64,000 bases of DNA from Octopus sinensis (taxonomy: Eukaryota): NCBI RefSeq assembly GCF_006345805.1, contig NC_043001.1, positions 91,760,001-91,824,000 on the forward strand, read 5' to 3'. The notes below the pieces were generated by a model. The model was not told the DNA's origin. It did not search any database and saw nothing but the letters and a program-made list of their open reading frames with translations. A program made the position numbers and the translations under genes. Below, in pieces: positions 63,397-64,000 of the stretch (its first letter is position 1; each line of letters starts with the position of its first letter).

Positions 63397-63780
63397 TTAG
63401 AGGACTGACCACTAAAAGTTGACAGCCTATATGCTAAACATAGACGTCAAATCGCTATTACCACGAAGAATGCGTTCTCAAGAAAAATCTCAGCAAAAAA
63501 TCAAAATGTAAAAATAAGCAAGACAAATGAAAATATACGAAATAAAAAATGATTACCTATGTACAATAGCGATAATAGACACACACATGTATGAGTGGAC
63601 AAACGAAAGAAAGGATGTATATATTATATATGACGGGCTTCTTTCAGTTTCTTTCTACCAAATCCACTCACAAGGCATTGGTCAGCCCGAGGCTATAGCA
63701 GAAGACACTTGCACAAGGTGTCACGCAGTGGCACTGAACCCGGAACCATGTGGTTGGTAAGCAAGCTACTTACCACACAA
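63110..63780 (-). mobile_element. SINE group B with ~230 bp of unrelated sequence inside its internal microsatellite
   Basis: 3' half at 63110-63335, head half at 63630-63780, insert at ~63392-63620. Confidence 0.7.
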
Positions 63781-63837
63781 TAACTTTTCAGAAAATCTAT
63801 GACGGTATCAAGCAGTTTTTGCAAAATCTTTTAAAGT

Positions 63838-63888
<51 letters not shown>

Positions 63889-64000
63889 ACATAGCTGTTC
63901 GACTAAAGGGATCTGTAGCATAAGAACCAGACTGAAAAAACCACAAGACTTAAAAACTACCAAACTTTAAAAGAAATAAGTACTGGGCATCAATTTCTTC

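Overview
Eukaryotic, gene-poor, very repeat-rich 64-kb window. It is most likely intronic or intergenic DNA of an octopod cephalopod; this is inferred from the SINE families and microsatellite load and was not checked by search. No intact host gene is recognisable, and most entries in the ORF track are translations of microsatellites. The window contains: (i) about 45 copies or fragments of at least four tRNA-derived SINE groups (here A-D) with shuffled heads and tails; (ii) decayed LINEs (RTE, RTE-X-like, three CR1-group pieces, a Tx1/L1 endonuclease) and two adjacent Penelope-like elements (PLEs); (iii) DNA-transposon remnants (mariner, Tc1-like, a hAT MITE, two GGATC-ended TIR elements carrying telomere-like repeats, three non-autonomous Helitron-like elements); (iv) large micro- and minisatellites and one 100-N gap. 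The most notable feature is eight type-I hammerhead-ribozyme-like motifs, parsed by eye. One lies at the 3' end of a PLE; the others sit in short, mostly TA-flanked repeats. Six of the eight carry recurrent non-canonical cores (CCGANGA or CUGU(A/U)GA), often with an extra A after A9 and a palindromic stem III. All coordinates were read by eye; boundaries of decayed repeats are approximate.
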